A stretch of DNA of 64,000 nucleotides, from IMG/VR virus record IMGVR_UViG_3300035034_003552. One strand, written 5' to 3'. Shown here one piece after another: positions 53,006 through 61,784 of the stretch (position 1 is its first letter; each line of letters starts with the position of its first letter). The notes under the pieces were generated by a model. That model did not search any database and was not told where the DNA came from. It worked only from the letters and a program-made list of their open reading frames with translations. The DNA is from a virus (lineage: Duplodnaviria > Heunggongvirae > Uroviricota > Caudoviricetes). The position numbers and the translations under genes are program-made.

Positions 53006-53370
53006 TTTAGTTAACCAAACTCCTTAAAATAAACCTCTAGAAATTGGTGACACAAAAGATTGATCAACTATTTAGCTTGTCAAATGTATATGTCACCTCT
53101 AAAAACTTGACCGGGTCCATAAAAGTGACTCCCTGTCGACAAGCACAGAGTCAGCCTGGTTTTTTGCCGAGAAGTTAATAAGACCCTTTAAAATCGAGGG
53201 CACTGTTCAGAGAACTATGAGGTTTCTAATCGGCTTAGTTTTTCCATGATAACAGGTGCGGATGTTCAACAGCCATTCGCACCACTCCTTAAATATAATA
53301 ATTTTCCTTTCTTCCGTCCCTGAAATATGGGGCGGTAATTTTATCCCAAAAATACACGAAAAGAGGTAAG

Positions 53371-53604
53371 ATGATGGCAAATAACAAAGATCAAACGTCT
53401 CTCAAGCTTATAGGTATGGCCACTAATATGTTTTCAGCAAATAAAGATGAAATAGAGGCATTTCTTTCAGCTTGGGATGAACATTTACATATATTTGAAG
53501 ATACAAAATCAGATAGAGGTAGAACTTTAAGTGACTTAATAGAAGATCTTAAAGAATATGCTGATGAAAAGTACAGTATAAGTTCTGTTATTAAAGAAGA
53601 GTAA
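53371..53604 (+). CDS. Hypothetical small protein.
   Basis: SD 'aagaggtaag'; 77 aa. Confidence 0.5.
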   Translation: MMANNKDQTSLKLIGMATNMFSANKDEIEAFLSAWDEHLHIFEDTKSDRGRTLSDLIEDLKEYADEKYSISSVIKEE

Positions 53605-53619
53605 AAAGGCGGTAGATAA

Positions 53620-53895
53620 ATGAATGTTAGACTCACGGTAAAAACAATATTCTCAGTATTAATAGCATACATGGTAGATATCTTCAATGAAGTCTATCCT
53701 ATTATAGGTAATTACATAGTTGGAGGACAGCTTGAGTCGTCAGATTTCAATTATTTACTTTTACAGTATTATAAAGAAGTGGATACTCTCTTCTATGCTC
53801 TTATAATTATGCTTTTAATCATGGTATGGTATCGAGAAATCAAGTATTTACATGACAACTATTGGGTGGCTGAAAAAGAAACAGCTACTGAATAA
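53620..53895 (+). CDS. Small two-TM membrane protein immediately upstream of the SPFH gene (possible NfeD-like partner).
   Basis: 'IFSVLIAYMVDIF' and 'LFYALIIMLLIMVWY' hydrophobic helices; 91 aa. Confidence 0.5.
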   Translation: MNVRLTVKTIFSVLIAYMVDIFNEVYPIIGNYIVGGQLESSDFNYLLLQYYKEVDTLFYALIIMLLIMVWYREIKYLHDNYWVAEKETATE

Positions 53896-53929
53896 CAAAT
53901 AATATATACAAAAGGGGTTGCATAAGTTA

Positions 53930-54973
53930 ATGAAGAAAAAGATTTTATTACTATCGATCATTTTATTAGTCGTACTATTCGCTACAACAGGTTGTGTCAT
54001 CAAGGAATACAAGGAACCATTGATTGTTGAGGGTGGCTCTAATGAAACACTTATTCTAATTCCAATGGTGGGGAACAATAAGGACACTCAGGAGAAATTA
54101 GATTCTCTTTCCTATCTTGAGGAAAACAAAGTAGCTTCAAAAAGAGTTGAATTAACTCAAGGCTGGCTTAAGAAAGGACGCCTACCTAACTCTGGGACAT
54201 ATATCCCCGACCAAAAAGCTATTAGAGTAGATAGAACTCCAGTAAACTTGGAGTGGACTGCAGAGAAAAATAGAGGCAGTAGCTCAAGCGATCAGGGTAT
54301 CGTCGGAGAAAGTAAGAACTCAATCAGTTTTGCGGTTGACTGGTATGTAACAGCAACAGTACTTGAAGAAAACGCACATGAATTCCTATATTGGTACGGT
54401 GTTAATAATGAAACTGCCAGAACAAAAGGCGGCAGAACCTACAGTGTAAAATCAAGACAGCTACATGATGTTGTTAATACTGAAGTAAGAAGGATGGTTG
54501 CCAAGCTCTTTACTGAAAAAACAGGACGGCTATCACTCGATGAAATAATGTCTGGTAAAGATAGGCTATCACAGGAAATTGAAAGCGAAGTTAAAGAACA
54601 TTTCGAGAAAAAAGGTATCACCATCACCGCTTCTGGATGGACTGGTGACATCACATATTTTGATGATGCAGTACAGGAATCAATTAACCAAGAATTTAAG
54701 GCTGACAGAAAGGCAAAGGCACAGGCTAAGGTAAATCAAATGAACTTAGATATGGCCAAAAACGAGGTTGAAGTGGCCAAGCAAGAAAGACTAGCCGCCG
54801 AGGAAAGACAGAAAGCCTGGGACATCATCGCACAGCGCAGAGAATTAGATATCTTAGAAAATTATGTAGATGTTCTTAATGAAAAATGGGATGGTAAGTA
54901 TCCTTCTACTCTCTTAAAGAATGGTGGAGGTTCTAATCAACCATTTATGATGGAACTACCAATGCCCGAATAA
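53930..54973 (+). CDS. SPFH/band-7 (stomatin/prohibitin/flotillin-like) lipoprotein.
   Basis: 'MKKKILLLSIILLVVLFATTGC' is a signal peptide with a lipobox-like TTGC. The mid-region 'RRMVAKLFTEKTGRLSLDEIMSGKDRLSQEIESEVKEHFEKKGITITASGWTGDITYFDDAVQESI', followed by the Ala/Glu/Lys coiled coil 'KAKAQAKVNQMNLDMAKNEVEVAKQERLAAEERQKA', is typical of SPFH domains. TTG at 53918 is an alternative start. Confidence 0.6.
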   Translation: MKKKILLLSIILLVVLFATTGCVIKEYKEPLIVEGGSNETLILIPMVGNNKDTQEKLDSLSYLEENKVASKRVELTQGWLKKGRLPNSGTYIPDQKAIRVDRTPVNLEWTAEKNRGSSSSDQGIVGESKNSISFAVDWYVTATVLEENAHEFLYWYGVNNETARTKGGRTYSVKSRQLHDVVNTEVRRMVAKLFTEKTGRLSLDEIMSGKDRLSQEIESEVKEHFEKKGITITASGWTGDITYFDDAVQESINQEFKADRKAKAQAKVNQMNLDMAKNEVEVAKQERLAAEERQKAWDIIAQRRELDILENYVDVLNEKWDGKYPSTLLKNGGGSNQPFMMELPMPE

Positions 54974-54986
54974 ATAGGAGGAATAT

Positions 54987-55244
54987 ATGGACTTTTCTAA
55001 AGCACTAAGTAAAGTGAAAGAAGGAAAGAAAATCGCAAGAAAAGGCTGGAACGGTAATGGTATGTATATTTATTTTGTCTCTGAAGATAGTTATGAGTCA
55101 AAAACTAAACATGCGAAGAAAGAATTTGGTGATGTAACACCTTATCTGCCATACCTTGCCCTAAAAACTGTTAATGACAAAGTAGTCCCATGGACCGTGA
55201 GTCAGACGGATATCTTATCTGATGATTGGACCGTGTTAGAATAA
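54987..55244 (+). CDS. DUF2829-like small protein (family of the Thoeris anti-defence protein Tad2).
   Basis: SD 'aggagg'. 'ALSKVKEGKKIARKGWNGNGMYIYF' and 'VVPWTVSQTDILSDDWTVLE' match the DUF2829 hallmarks (A(L/I)xxGKK(V/I)xRKGWNGKGM...W.PSQ.D(L/I)LA.DWE) from memory; 85 aa. Confidence 0.5.
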   Translation: MDFSKALSKVKEGKKIARKGWNGNGMYIYFVSEDSYESKTKHAKKEFGDVTPYLPYLALKTVNDKVVPWTVSQTDILSDDWTVLE

Positions 55245-55298
55245 ATAAACTAAATAGGGAGGCTTAACTGCCTCTCTTCTTTTTATTGGAGTGAGAAT

Positions 55299-55583
55299 AT
55301 GGATCTGTACTTTATAGAGCAAAATATTAAGTGGCCCGGCATTAAAAAAACTACAGGATACAGTGAATATTACTGCGAGCAATCAATAGAATTAATCAAC
55401 TGGGCCGTAAATGCAAAAGAAAGACTTAAAGTTCATAAACTGGTAGACATAGCAGATAAGCTGGAGACAGAAAAAAGGAATAGCTTCGGGTTTATGATAG
55501 GACTAACAAGAGGCGAATCAAAATATCTTGCTGTGATCGACTTACCACAACCAAAAGAAGTTAAATATAAAGGGGCTAGATAA
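55299..55583 (+). CDS. Hypothetical protein.
   Basis: SD 'ggagtgag'; 94 aa. Confidence 0.5.
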   Translation: MDLYFIEQNIKWPGIKKTTGYSEYYCEQSIELINWAVNAKERLKVHKLVDIADKLETEKRNSFGFMIGLTRGESKYLAVIDLPQPKEVKYKGAR

Positions 55584-55585
55584 AA

Positions 55586-55855
55586 GTGGAATTATTAGAA
55601 AACTTAAATATTAAAAATCTGTTCGAGACTAAAAAAGATGCTATTGAAAAATTCAACGATGTATTAGACCAAGACGAAATTCACTCTCAAATACGGGATA
55701 CTCTTGATAAGATAGAGAGTCAGATGCACAATAACATAATGGCACTTGAGGAGATCGAACAAAAAAAGAAAAAGCTTGAAGAGTATGAGAAAGAACTCAA
55801 TAAGAGAACTGATTCTTACAGAGATATGTACACAAAATTAGAAGAAATCATATAG
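55586..55855 (+). CDS. Small coiled-coil protein; GTG start.
   Basis: 89 aa, heptad-rich 'IMALEEIEQKKKKLEEYEKELNKRTD'. Confidence 0.45.
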   Translation: MELLENLNIKNLFETKKDAIEKFNDVLDQDEIHSQIRDTLDKIESQMHNNIMALEEIEQKKKKLEEYEKELNKRTDSYRDMYTKLEEII

Positions 55856-55865
55856 GAGTGATTAG

Positions 55866-56210
55866 ATGTTAGGATTATTAGTATCAAATGATGAAATAGT
55901 CGGGAAACTTGAGGATCTAAGCTTTGAAAGGAAAAATAATGGCATATATGACTATGCCGAAGGTAATTTTAGTATCATGCCTCTAGATGATAAGGATTAT
56001 GACATTGAAGAAATCGACATCTTAAAGGTCAGTGTTACCACTAAGTTCTTAGGTATTGAGGATAATTACAATACTGTAAATAAGTTAATTAAGAATGTAG
56101 AGATATTCGACCAGGACGATGAAAAACTGGAAAGCTTAGATGATATTCAGGAATCGTATCCTTACACCTTTAAATCAGATAGGATCTACAAGCAGATACA
56201 AGAAAACTAA
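55866..56210 (+). CDS. Hypothetical protein.
   Basis: SD 'aggagtg'; 114 aa. Confidence 0.55.
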   Translation: MLGLLVSNDEIVGKLEDLSFERKNNGIYDYAEGNFSIMPLDDKDYDIEEIDILKVSVTTKFLGIEDNYNTVNKLIKNVEIFDQDDEKLESLDDIQESYPYTFKSDRIYKQIQEN

Positions 56211-56237
56211 AACAAGAAAGGGAGATAATTTCACACT

Positions 56238-58628
56238 ATGCCAATAAACTATATAACTAAAAGAGATAAAGAGATAGTAGAATTTGACAGAGAAAAAATA
56301 GAGATTGCAGTAAATAATGCAGCCGTAGATGGTAATTTCGAGGAGAATCCCTTAGAACTGGGTATAAAGGTCGCAGATATAGTAGTACGAAAACTGCTTC
56401 CTGCTTATGAGGACAATACCAAAAACGATACTCCAACTGTGGAGCTTGTTCAAGATCTTATTGAGGAAACATTGATGGAACTAGGAAACTTCAAGATTGC
56501 TAAAAAGTATATTATATATAGAAGTAAAAGAGAAAGTGTTAGAATCAAGAAAAATAAAGAAGATGATAAAAACTCTATCCTTTCAAATGAATTCCTGAGC
56601 AAGTATAAACACCAGCCTAACCCTTTCCCAACAGAGCTGGGGGAATTTATTTATTATAGAACCTATTCGCGATGGTTGGAAGTAGAACAGCGCCGCGAGT
56701 ATTGGTGGGAAACAGTTAAAAGAGCTGTAGAATACAACTGCTCACTTGCACCAACAACTGAAGAAGAAGCTGAGGAATTATATGATAATGTATATAACTT
56801 AAGAAACTTTGTTGCCGGTCGTACATTATGGACAGCGAGTACAGAATCATCTAAAAAATACGGAATGAGTAACTACAATTGTTCCTTTACAGTTATAGAT
56901 AGCTTTAAGGCATACCAGGACATTTTCTACTTGCTTATGATAGGCAGCGGAACTGGATTTCGCGTTCTTCCTCGTGATGTTGATCATCTGCCTAAGATCA
57001 GAACTAATGTGGAAATTATTCATAAATATTATGACCCTATTGAGAAGGACGAGAGGCGTGAATATACCGACTTCGACTTTGATGGTAGAGTTGCTACTAT
57101 TAATGTTGGAGACTCAAAAGAGGGCTGGATTCAATCCCTAGAGTATTACTTTAAGTTCTTAACCGAACATTCTTATAGACCAGTAAGTAAAATCATCTTT
57201 AATTATGACTCCGTACGCCCGAAAGGCGAGAAACTTAAGACATTTGGTGGTACAGCTTCTGGCCATGGAAGTCTAAAGCGTATGTTTACTAAGGTTGATA
57301 AACTATTACACAGCAAAAGCGATAGAGATACAGACGATCTGGATAGAGTTAAGCTAAAGCCTATTGACGCAATGGATATTTCAAACATTATTGCTGAAAA
57401 TGTAGTTAGTGGTGGAGTAAGACGCTCCTCTCAAATTTGCCTCTTTTCTGCTGATGATAAAGAGATTGCCCAGGCTAAAAGCAAGTTATATGAGCAGGTA
57501 AATGGAGAATGGGTAATAGATGAAGAAATAGCACACCGTCAAATGAGTAATAACAGTATCTTTTACGAAGAAAAGCCAACCAGAGAACAACTTAAATGGC
57601 ATGTTGAGCAAATGCGTTTTAGCGGAGAACCGGGATTCATTAATGCAGAAGAAGGAAGGCGCCGCAGGGAAGATTTTAAAGGTGTAAATCCCTGTGCTGA
57701 GATTCTGTTAGATTCTAAGGGTGTATGTAACTTAACCTCCCTTAATGTAATGAGCTTTGTAGAAGACGGTGAGCTTGATAGAGAAGCCATGATGAACTCA
57801 CAAAGATTATCTGCTAGAGCCGGTTATAGGATGGCCACAATAGAGTTTGAACTGCCAGAATGGGGTTACATCAATGACAGAGATAGACTAATTGGGCTAT
57901 CAGTTACTGGGTGGCAGGATATGGTGAATGCTGCTGACTTAGATAAAGATGAAGAAGCACAACTATTAAGACAGCTAAAAAATGCTGGCCAGGATGCTGC
58001 AGAAGAAATAGCGGCAGAATTAGATGGTAACGAACCTAAGCTAGTCACTACCGTTAAGCCAGAAGGCACTCAGACACAAATGCCTACGGTATCAAGCGGA
58101 CTCCATTATAACCATAGTGCATATTATTTAAGAAGAGTTAGAATTTCTGCTTCTGATCCGCTGGCCCGGGTGTGTGAAGAATTGGATTATCCAGTACACC
58201 CTGAAACCGGTCAGGATCCTGACAATCCAGAAACACTAGTCATAGAATTCCCAGTACGCGCTCCAGAAGGCAAAGTCAAGGATGACGTTGGAGCCCTAGA
58301 ACAGTTAGAAACCTACAAGATGTTTATGAAAAACTATGTTGATCATAATGCTTCGATCACTGTTCATGTCAAGGATGACGAATGGGAAGATGTAGAAGAA
58401 TGGTTATGGGAAAACTGGGAATATACAGTTGGTATCTCCTTTCTTTCTTATAATGACAGCTTCTATGAACTAATGCCTTATGAGGAAATTACCGAAGAAG
58501 AATACTTAGATAGAGCAGAAAAAATGAAAGAGTTTAAGCCCGGTCTAGTTGCTAAGTATGAAACTGAACAGCTTGAGAGAGAGGTTGAGGGTAGTTCCTG
58601 TGAGACTGGAGCCTGTCCGATCAGATAA
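56238..58628 (+). CDS. nrdJ: Ribonucleotide reductase, class II (adenosylcobalamin-dependent, NrdJ-type), with an N-terminal ATP-cone-like region.
   Basis: SD 'aagggag'. N-terminal 'ITKRDKEIVEFDREKIEIAVNNAAVDG' (ATP-cone-like), 'NPCAEILLDSKGVCNLTSLNV' (class II active-site Cys/Asn motif NPCxEIxL...CNLxSxN), C-terminal 'SSCETGACPI' redox Cys pair; 796 aa. Confidence 0.8.
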   Translation: MPINYITKRDKEIVEFDREKIEIAVNNAAVDGNFEENPLELGIKVADIVVRKLLPAYEDNTKNDTPTVELVQDLIEETLMELGNFKIAKKYIIYRSKRESVRIKKNKEDDKNSILSNEFLSKYKHQPNPFPTELGEFIYYRTYSRWLEVEQRREYWWETVKRAVEYNCSLAPTTEEEAEELYDNVYNLRNFVAGRTLWTASTESSKKYGMSNYNCSFTVIDSFKAYQDIFYLLMIGSGTGFRVLPRDVDHLPKIRTNVEIIHKYYDPIEKDERREYTDFDFDGRVATINVGDSKEGWIQSLEYYFKFLTEHSYRPVSKIIFNYDSVRPKGEKLKTFGGTASGHGSLKRMFTKVDKLLHSKSDRDTDDLDRVKLKPIDAMDISNIIAENVVSGGVRRSSQICLFSADDKEIAQAKSKLYEQVNGEWVIDEEIAHRQMSNNSIFYEEKPTREQLKWHVEQMRFSGEPGFINAEEGRRRREDFKGVNPCAEILLDSKGVCNLTSLNVMSFVEDGELDREAMMNSQRLSARAGYRMATIEFELPEWGYINDRDRLIGLSVTGWQDMVNAADLDKDEEAQLLRQLKNAGQDAAEEIAAELDGNEPKLVTTVKPEGTQTQMPTVSSGLHYNHSAYYLRRVRISASDPLARVCEELDYPVHPETGQDPDNPETLVIEFPVRAPEGKVKDDVGALEQLETYKMFMKNYVDHNASITVHVKDDEWEDVEEWLWENWEYTVGISFLSYNDSFYELMPYEEITEEEYLDRAEKMKEFKPGLVAKYETEQLEREVEGSSCETGACPIR

Positions 58629-58801
58629 TGTTTAAACTAACAGATAATAAAGAGCTCCTTGAAGCACTAAGAAAGGGCTTTAAAAACAAAGGTGGGTATT
58701 GTCCCTGTAAATTAGAAAAGACAGATGATAATATCTGCCCCTGTACTGAGTTTATAGAGACCGGTAAATGTCACTGCGGATTATTTGTAGAAGTTGAATA
58801 A
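58628..58801 (+). CDS. Ferredoxin-thioredoxin-reductase-catalytic-subunit-like miniprotein (57 aa, CPC/CPC/CHC), translationally coupled to nrdJ.
   Basis: ATG overlaps the nrdJ stop (TAATG). 'MFKLTDNKELLEALRKGFKNKGGYCPCKLEKTDDNICPCTEFIETGKCHCGLFVEVE' carries the CPC-x-CPC-x-CHCxLF arrangement characteristic of FTR catalytic chains. Not in the ORF track (<60 aa). Confidence 0.5.
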   Translation: MFKLTDNKELLEALRKGFKNKGGYCPCKLEKTDDNICPCTEFIETGKCHCGLFVEVE

Positions 58802-58807
58802 TAACTT

Positions 58808-58836
58808 AGACCCCTCAAAAGGGGTCTTTTTTTTTG
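58808..58836 (+). terminator. Strong rho-independent terminator ending the plus-strand module.
   Basis: 'agacccctcaaaaggggtct' followed by T9. Confidence 0.8.
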
Positions 58837-58848
58837 CCCATAATAAAA

Positions 58849-58878
58849 GGCCGCCCGAAAATGAAAAATAGGGCGGCC
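58849..58878 (-). terminator. Terminator for the convergent minus-strand gene block.
   Basis: 'ggccgccc...gggcggcc' 8-bp GC stem. On the minus strand it is followed by 'ttttattatggg'. Confidence 0.55.
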
Positions 58879-58906
58879 ACAGTTTTATCTATATTCTGTT
58901 ATTTTT

Positions 58907-59233
58907 CTAATCTAGGTCGATAATTGATTCTACCCCATACTGCTCTAAAAGATTGAATAAATCTGGATAGTCTTCTTTCATCTTATCCTTCTCAATTTCA
59001 GTAATAGATTCTCCACATACAGGACACCTTTCTGTCTCTTCATATTCTTCAGACTTTAAAATATTAAGCAGTTCTAGATAGGCGTCATCCTTGGTTTTTT
59101 CATACTCCAGTAAATCTGTCATACCTTCTTTCTCAGCGTGTTTAAGTACTTTCTTAGAATCAGTAAATAGGTTAAATTCATCAGTTCTTCTAATCTTAAT
59201 GAGATCTACTATAGCTTTCTCTTTGTTAGTCAT
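58907..59233 (-). CDS. Hypothetical acidic protein with a CxxC motif.
   Basis: 108 aa; 'RCPVCGESI'. Confidence 0.55.
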   Translation of the reverse strand: MTNKEKAIVDLIKIRRTDEFNLFTDSKKVLKHAEKEGMTDLLEYEKTKDDAYLELLNILKSEEYEETERCPVCGESITEIEKDKMKEDYPDLFNLLEQYGVESIIDLD

Positions 59234-59514
59234 TAGAATCCCCCTTCAATATTTTCTTGCCCTACTACGTCAAGATACTTAAAAATTAAGGAGCCACTAT
59301 CTATTAAGTTCTCTTTAACTGGTCCATTAATCCAGCTTTCTTTAACTACTGCTAAATTAGAGGCACTAAAAAGAGCTTTACCAATACATAAATACCTTCC
59401 GTTAGGTCTTTTTTTTAGTACTACAATGTCTTCTCTATGCCTGAAGGTAAGCCCTCTTGGTCTATTTTTAGAACCTATAAATTCAACAACATCTCCTAAT
59501 TTATAATTACTCAT
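59233..59514 (-). CDS. Hypothetical protein.
   Basis: 93 aa; ATGA overlap with the downstream gene. Confidence 0.55.
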   Translation of the reverse strand: MSNYKLGDVVEFIGSKNRPRGLTFRHREDIVVLKKRPNGRYLCIGKALFSASNLAVVKESWINGPVKENLIDSGSLIFKYLDVVGQENIEGGF

Positions 59515-59656
59515 CAGTTTTAGCAGGTTCGGTCATCTTCCAAAAAGTTTCTGGAGTAACTGTTACGGCTCTTTCCTCGCTTGTGCTGTCATTTCTTAAA
59601 TTTATTGTCACATTAACACCATCAAAATTAAAACCAACAATACTATATGGACTCAT
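59507..59656 (-). CDS. Small (49 aa) hypothetical ORF.
   Basis: Minus-strand SD 'aaggagatataaat' + ATG at 59656; 8-nt overlap with the next gene; below the ORF-track cutoff. Confidence 0.35.
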   Translation of the reverse strand: MSPYSIVGFNFDGVNVTINLRNDSTSEERAVTVTPETFWKMTEPAKTDE

Positions 59657-59690
59657 ATTTATATCTCCTTTGGAATATATTTAGTTACTG

Positions 59691-60074
59691 TTATCTGTCC
59701 TGATCCATCGCATTTTGGACAGTATTTTCATTTTTAGTCACAGTCATAAACTTATCTATTATATAATCAATTGCGTCTTCTTTTTCTGTAAATATTATAT
59801 AACTTTTCATATTTTCAGCCTCCAATTCATAAAAACCACCATAACCATTTTCTTTTTCACCTGTTTTGTGATTATACCAATCCCAGAAATTAGAAACACC
59901 ATGCTCTCCCCAGTACTGGCCGCCTTTAATAGTTATCCTGTTCCCATTACTGAGTTGATAGTCTTCTCCAATTACTACATCTTCACCATATATGCGTTTT
60001 GGGTCTGAAGTGGCTTCTGTTGCGTCTCTGACCATTTTTTTTATATCATTACTTACCATCTTCGTCGCCTCCAA
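59691..60074 (-). CDS. Hypothetical protein.
   Basis: 127 aa; minus-strand SD 'ggaggcgacgaag' precedes the ATG. Confidence 0.55.
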   Translation of the reverse strand: MEATKMVSNDIKKMVRDATEATSDPKRIYGEDVVIGEDYQLSNGNRITIKGGQYWGEHGVSNFWDWYNHKTGEKENGYGGFYELEAENMKSYIIFTEKEDAIDYIIDKFMTVTKNENTVQNAMDQDR

Positions 60075-60353
60075 ATATTAAAAGCCTGAAAAAGTTTATA
60101 ACTACTGCAGCTACGAATATTATTCCTAAAAGTTGCAAATGATCACTCCTCCAGTTTTTCTTTAAAAGTATTATAACCATCTTGCCATGCTTGTCCTGGA
60201 GTTTCAGCCCATGATACACCAGTAATAGGTTTTACCTGGTATGACGGCAGGTTCGTTTGGTTTAACGTGAACATCTATTTTAACATCTTTAAATTCGATA
60301 GTAATCACCCCATTAGAAAACTCCGCACATATTAGTATCTGCGGATATTATTT

Positions 60354-60746
60354 TCACTCTCCATATATTTCTTTTATAGATATCTTTAACATCTGAATAG
60401 CTTCTTTAAATATAGGATCATATTTTTTCTTCTGCTCCTTGTAGTAATCTCTACCAGTAGGTGTTATTCTATAAAACTTCTTACTATTTACCATTTCGTC
60501 TTCTTTATAATAACTTAAGTAACCCTGGTTGGCCAATCTTTTAAGTATCGGGTATACACTACCTGAGGAAGGGCTCCAGTCCGATACTTCTTCAAATTCT
60601 TGCTCCATCCACTCCATCATCTCTGCTCCGTACATTTCTGCCTTACGATTAACCAAATAATGAAGTATAAAGAGTCTAATGAGTCCAGAAGTACTTATCT
60701 TTGCCGGCTGCAACAGAAATCTGTTGTAAGTATTCCTATTAGTCAT
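60354..60746 (-). CDS. PadR-family transcriptional regulator.
   Basis: 'LIRLFILHYLVNRKAEMYGAEMMEWMEQEFEEVSDWSPSSGSVYPILKRLANQGYL' matches the PadR winged-helix consensus (...GYEI...xxxxGxLYPxLxRLExxGxL). Confidence 0.7.
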   Translation of the reverse strand: MTNRNTYNRFLLQPAKISTSGLIRLFILHYLVNRKAEMYGAEMMEWMEQEFEEVSDWSPSSGSVYPILKRLANQGYLSYYKEDEMVNSKKFYRITPTGRDYYKEQKKKYDPIFKEAIQMLKISIKEIYGE

Positions 60747-60760
60747 TTTAAATCCCCCTT

Positions 60761-61738
60761 TTACCAGTCTAACCTTGAAGTGAATACTAATTCATTTGTA
60801 CCTTTTCTAAAATTAGCTTCAAAGTTGCCAAAATAATTGGCGAGAAATTTACCGGTTTCTCCTGTATTCATATCTACATAGTACATACCGTAATATCTAT
60901 CCAGATCTTCTCTGGGATCTACCTGTTGATACTGGAAAAGTCTTGATACTATGAAGTAAGAACCGGTCTTATTGAAGCCGTTAGGTACAAGATATTTATC
61001 GTCCTCATATATGACCTTATTTACATGTAAATCATCAACTTCTAGTTTATCATAAGGCTCTATAAAGAACAATGGTTTGGCTATCTTGGCCATTGCCATT
61101 TGGCCATCGGGGGAAACTATCCCATCTCTTGCATAAACTCCTGTCTCCTTAATTTCTTGAGTATCTGGATCATATGTCATTAACTCTAACTCTCTTTTTT
61201 CTAGTCTGACTTCTGTTAAGATCAGCTTGTCTAAATTACTGTCATAAGATGTTGGATAAACTCTTCTTTCAGACAATAACTTAGGAATACCAAAATTATC
61301 TTCCTTCTCTAAAACATAAAGCTCTCTTATATGCCTATACCAGTAGTGTCTTAAATTATTATTAACCTGCGTAAGACCAGTTATATATAGTTTTTCACTA
61401 TCATCTGACCATACTGGCTTTACTCCCCAGTTTATTTCGGCTATTATCTTACCATCTCTTTTAAACTCCTGGACAGTAAGTGTAGGCCCTTTCTTTACAT
61501 AAGCGATATAGTTACCATCTGGTGATATAGCACCCATTCTGGCATCTTTGACAAACCCTGAGTAGGATGGATAACCCGCCATAGTCTTGAAAAACTCGTC
61601 TTCATTCATTGTCCATAGGTTAGTACCGCTTGGCCAGGTCCCTGGAACTTGATTTATTGGAGCTTCTTCTGCAAACCCTGTAACTGACATTAATAGAATC
61701 ATAAAAAATAAAATAGTAAGTCTAAAATTTCTTTTCAT
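60761..61738 (-). CDS. Secreted beta-propeller protein with PD40/TolB-like repeats.
   Basis: Signal peptide 'MKRNFRLTILFFMILLMSVTGFAEEA'. Repeats 'AISPDGNYIAYV', 'GIVSPDGQMAMAKI' (sPDGxxIAF PD40 motif); 325 aa. Confidence 0.6.
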   Translation of the reverse strand: MKRNFRLTILFFMILLMSVTGFAEEAPINQVPGTWPSGTNLWTMNEDEFFKTMAGYPSYSGFVKDARMGAISPDGNYIAYVKKGPTLTVQEFKRDGKIIAEINWGVKPVWSDDSEKLYITGLTQVNNNLRHYWYRHIRELYVLEKEDNFGIPKLLSERRVYPTSYDSNLDKLILTEVRLEKRELELMTYDPDTQEIKETGVYARDGIVSPDGQMAMAKIAKPLFFIEPYDKLEVDDLHVNKVIYEDDKYLVPNGFNKTGSYFIVSRLFQYQQVDPREDLDRYYGMYYVDMNTGETGKFLANYFGNFEANFRKGTNELVFTSRLDW

Positions 61739-61769
61739 AAGTAACTACCCCCTGTTTTTGTGTATCAAG

Positions 61770-61784
61770 CTCGATAATGTCGAG
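61770..61784. promoter_or_regulatory. Perfect 5-5-5 palindrome (CTCGA-TAATG-TCGAG) in the promoter region of the secreted-protein/PadR operon; candidate operator.
   Basis: Read directly. It lies about 30 nt upstream of the minus-strand gene start, next to 'ttgaaa'/'ttgata' -35-like hexamers. Confidence 0.3.

Noticed and set aside
53220-53320. Possible tRNA in the GC-richer intergenic island ('...ggtgcggatgttcaacagccattcgcaccactcc').
   Set aside because: No cloverleaf could be built. There is no GTTCRANYC T-loop with a complementary 5-bp T-stem and no matching acceptor stem. Only a simple 6-bp hairpin is present.
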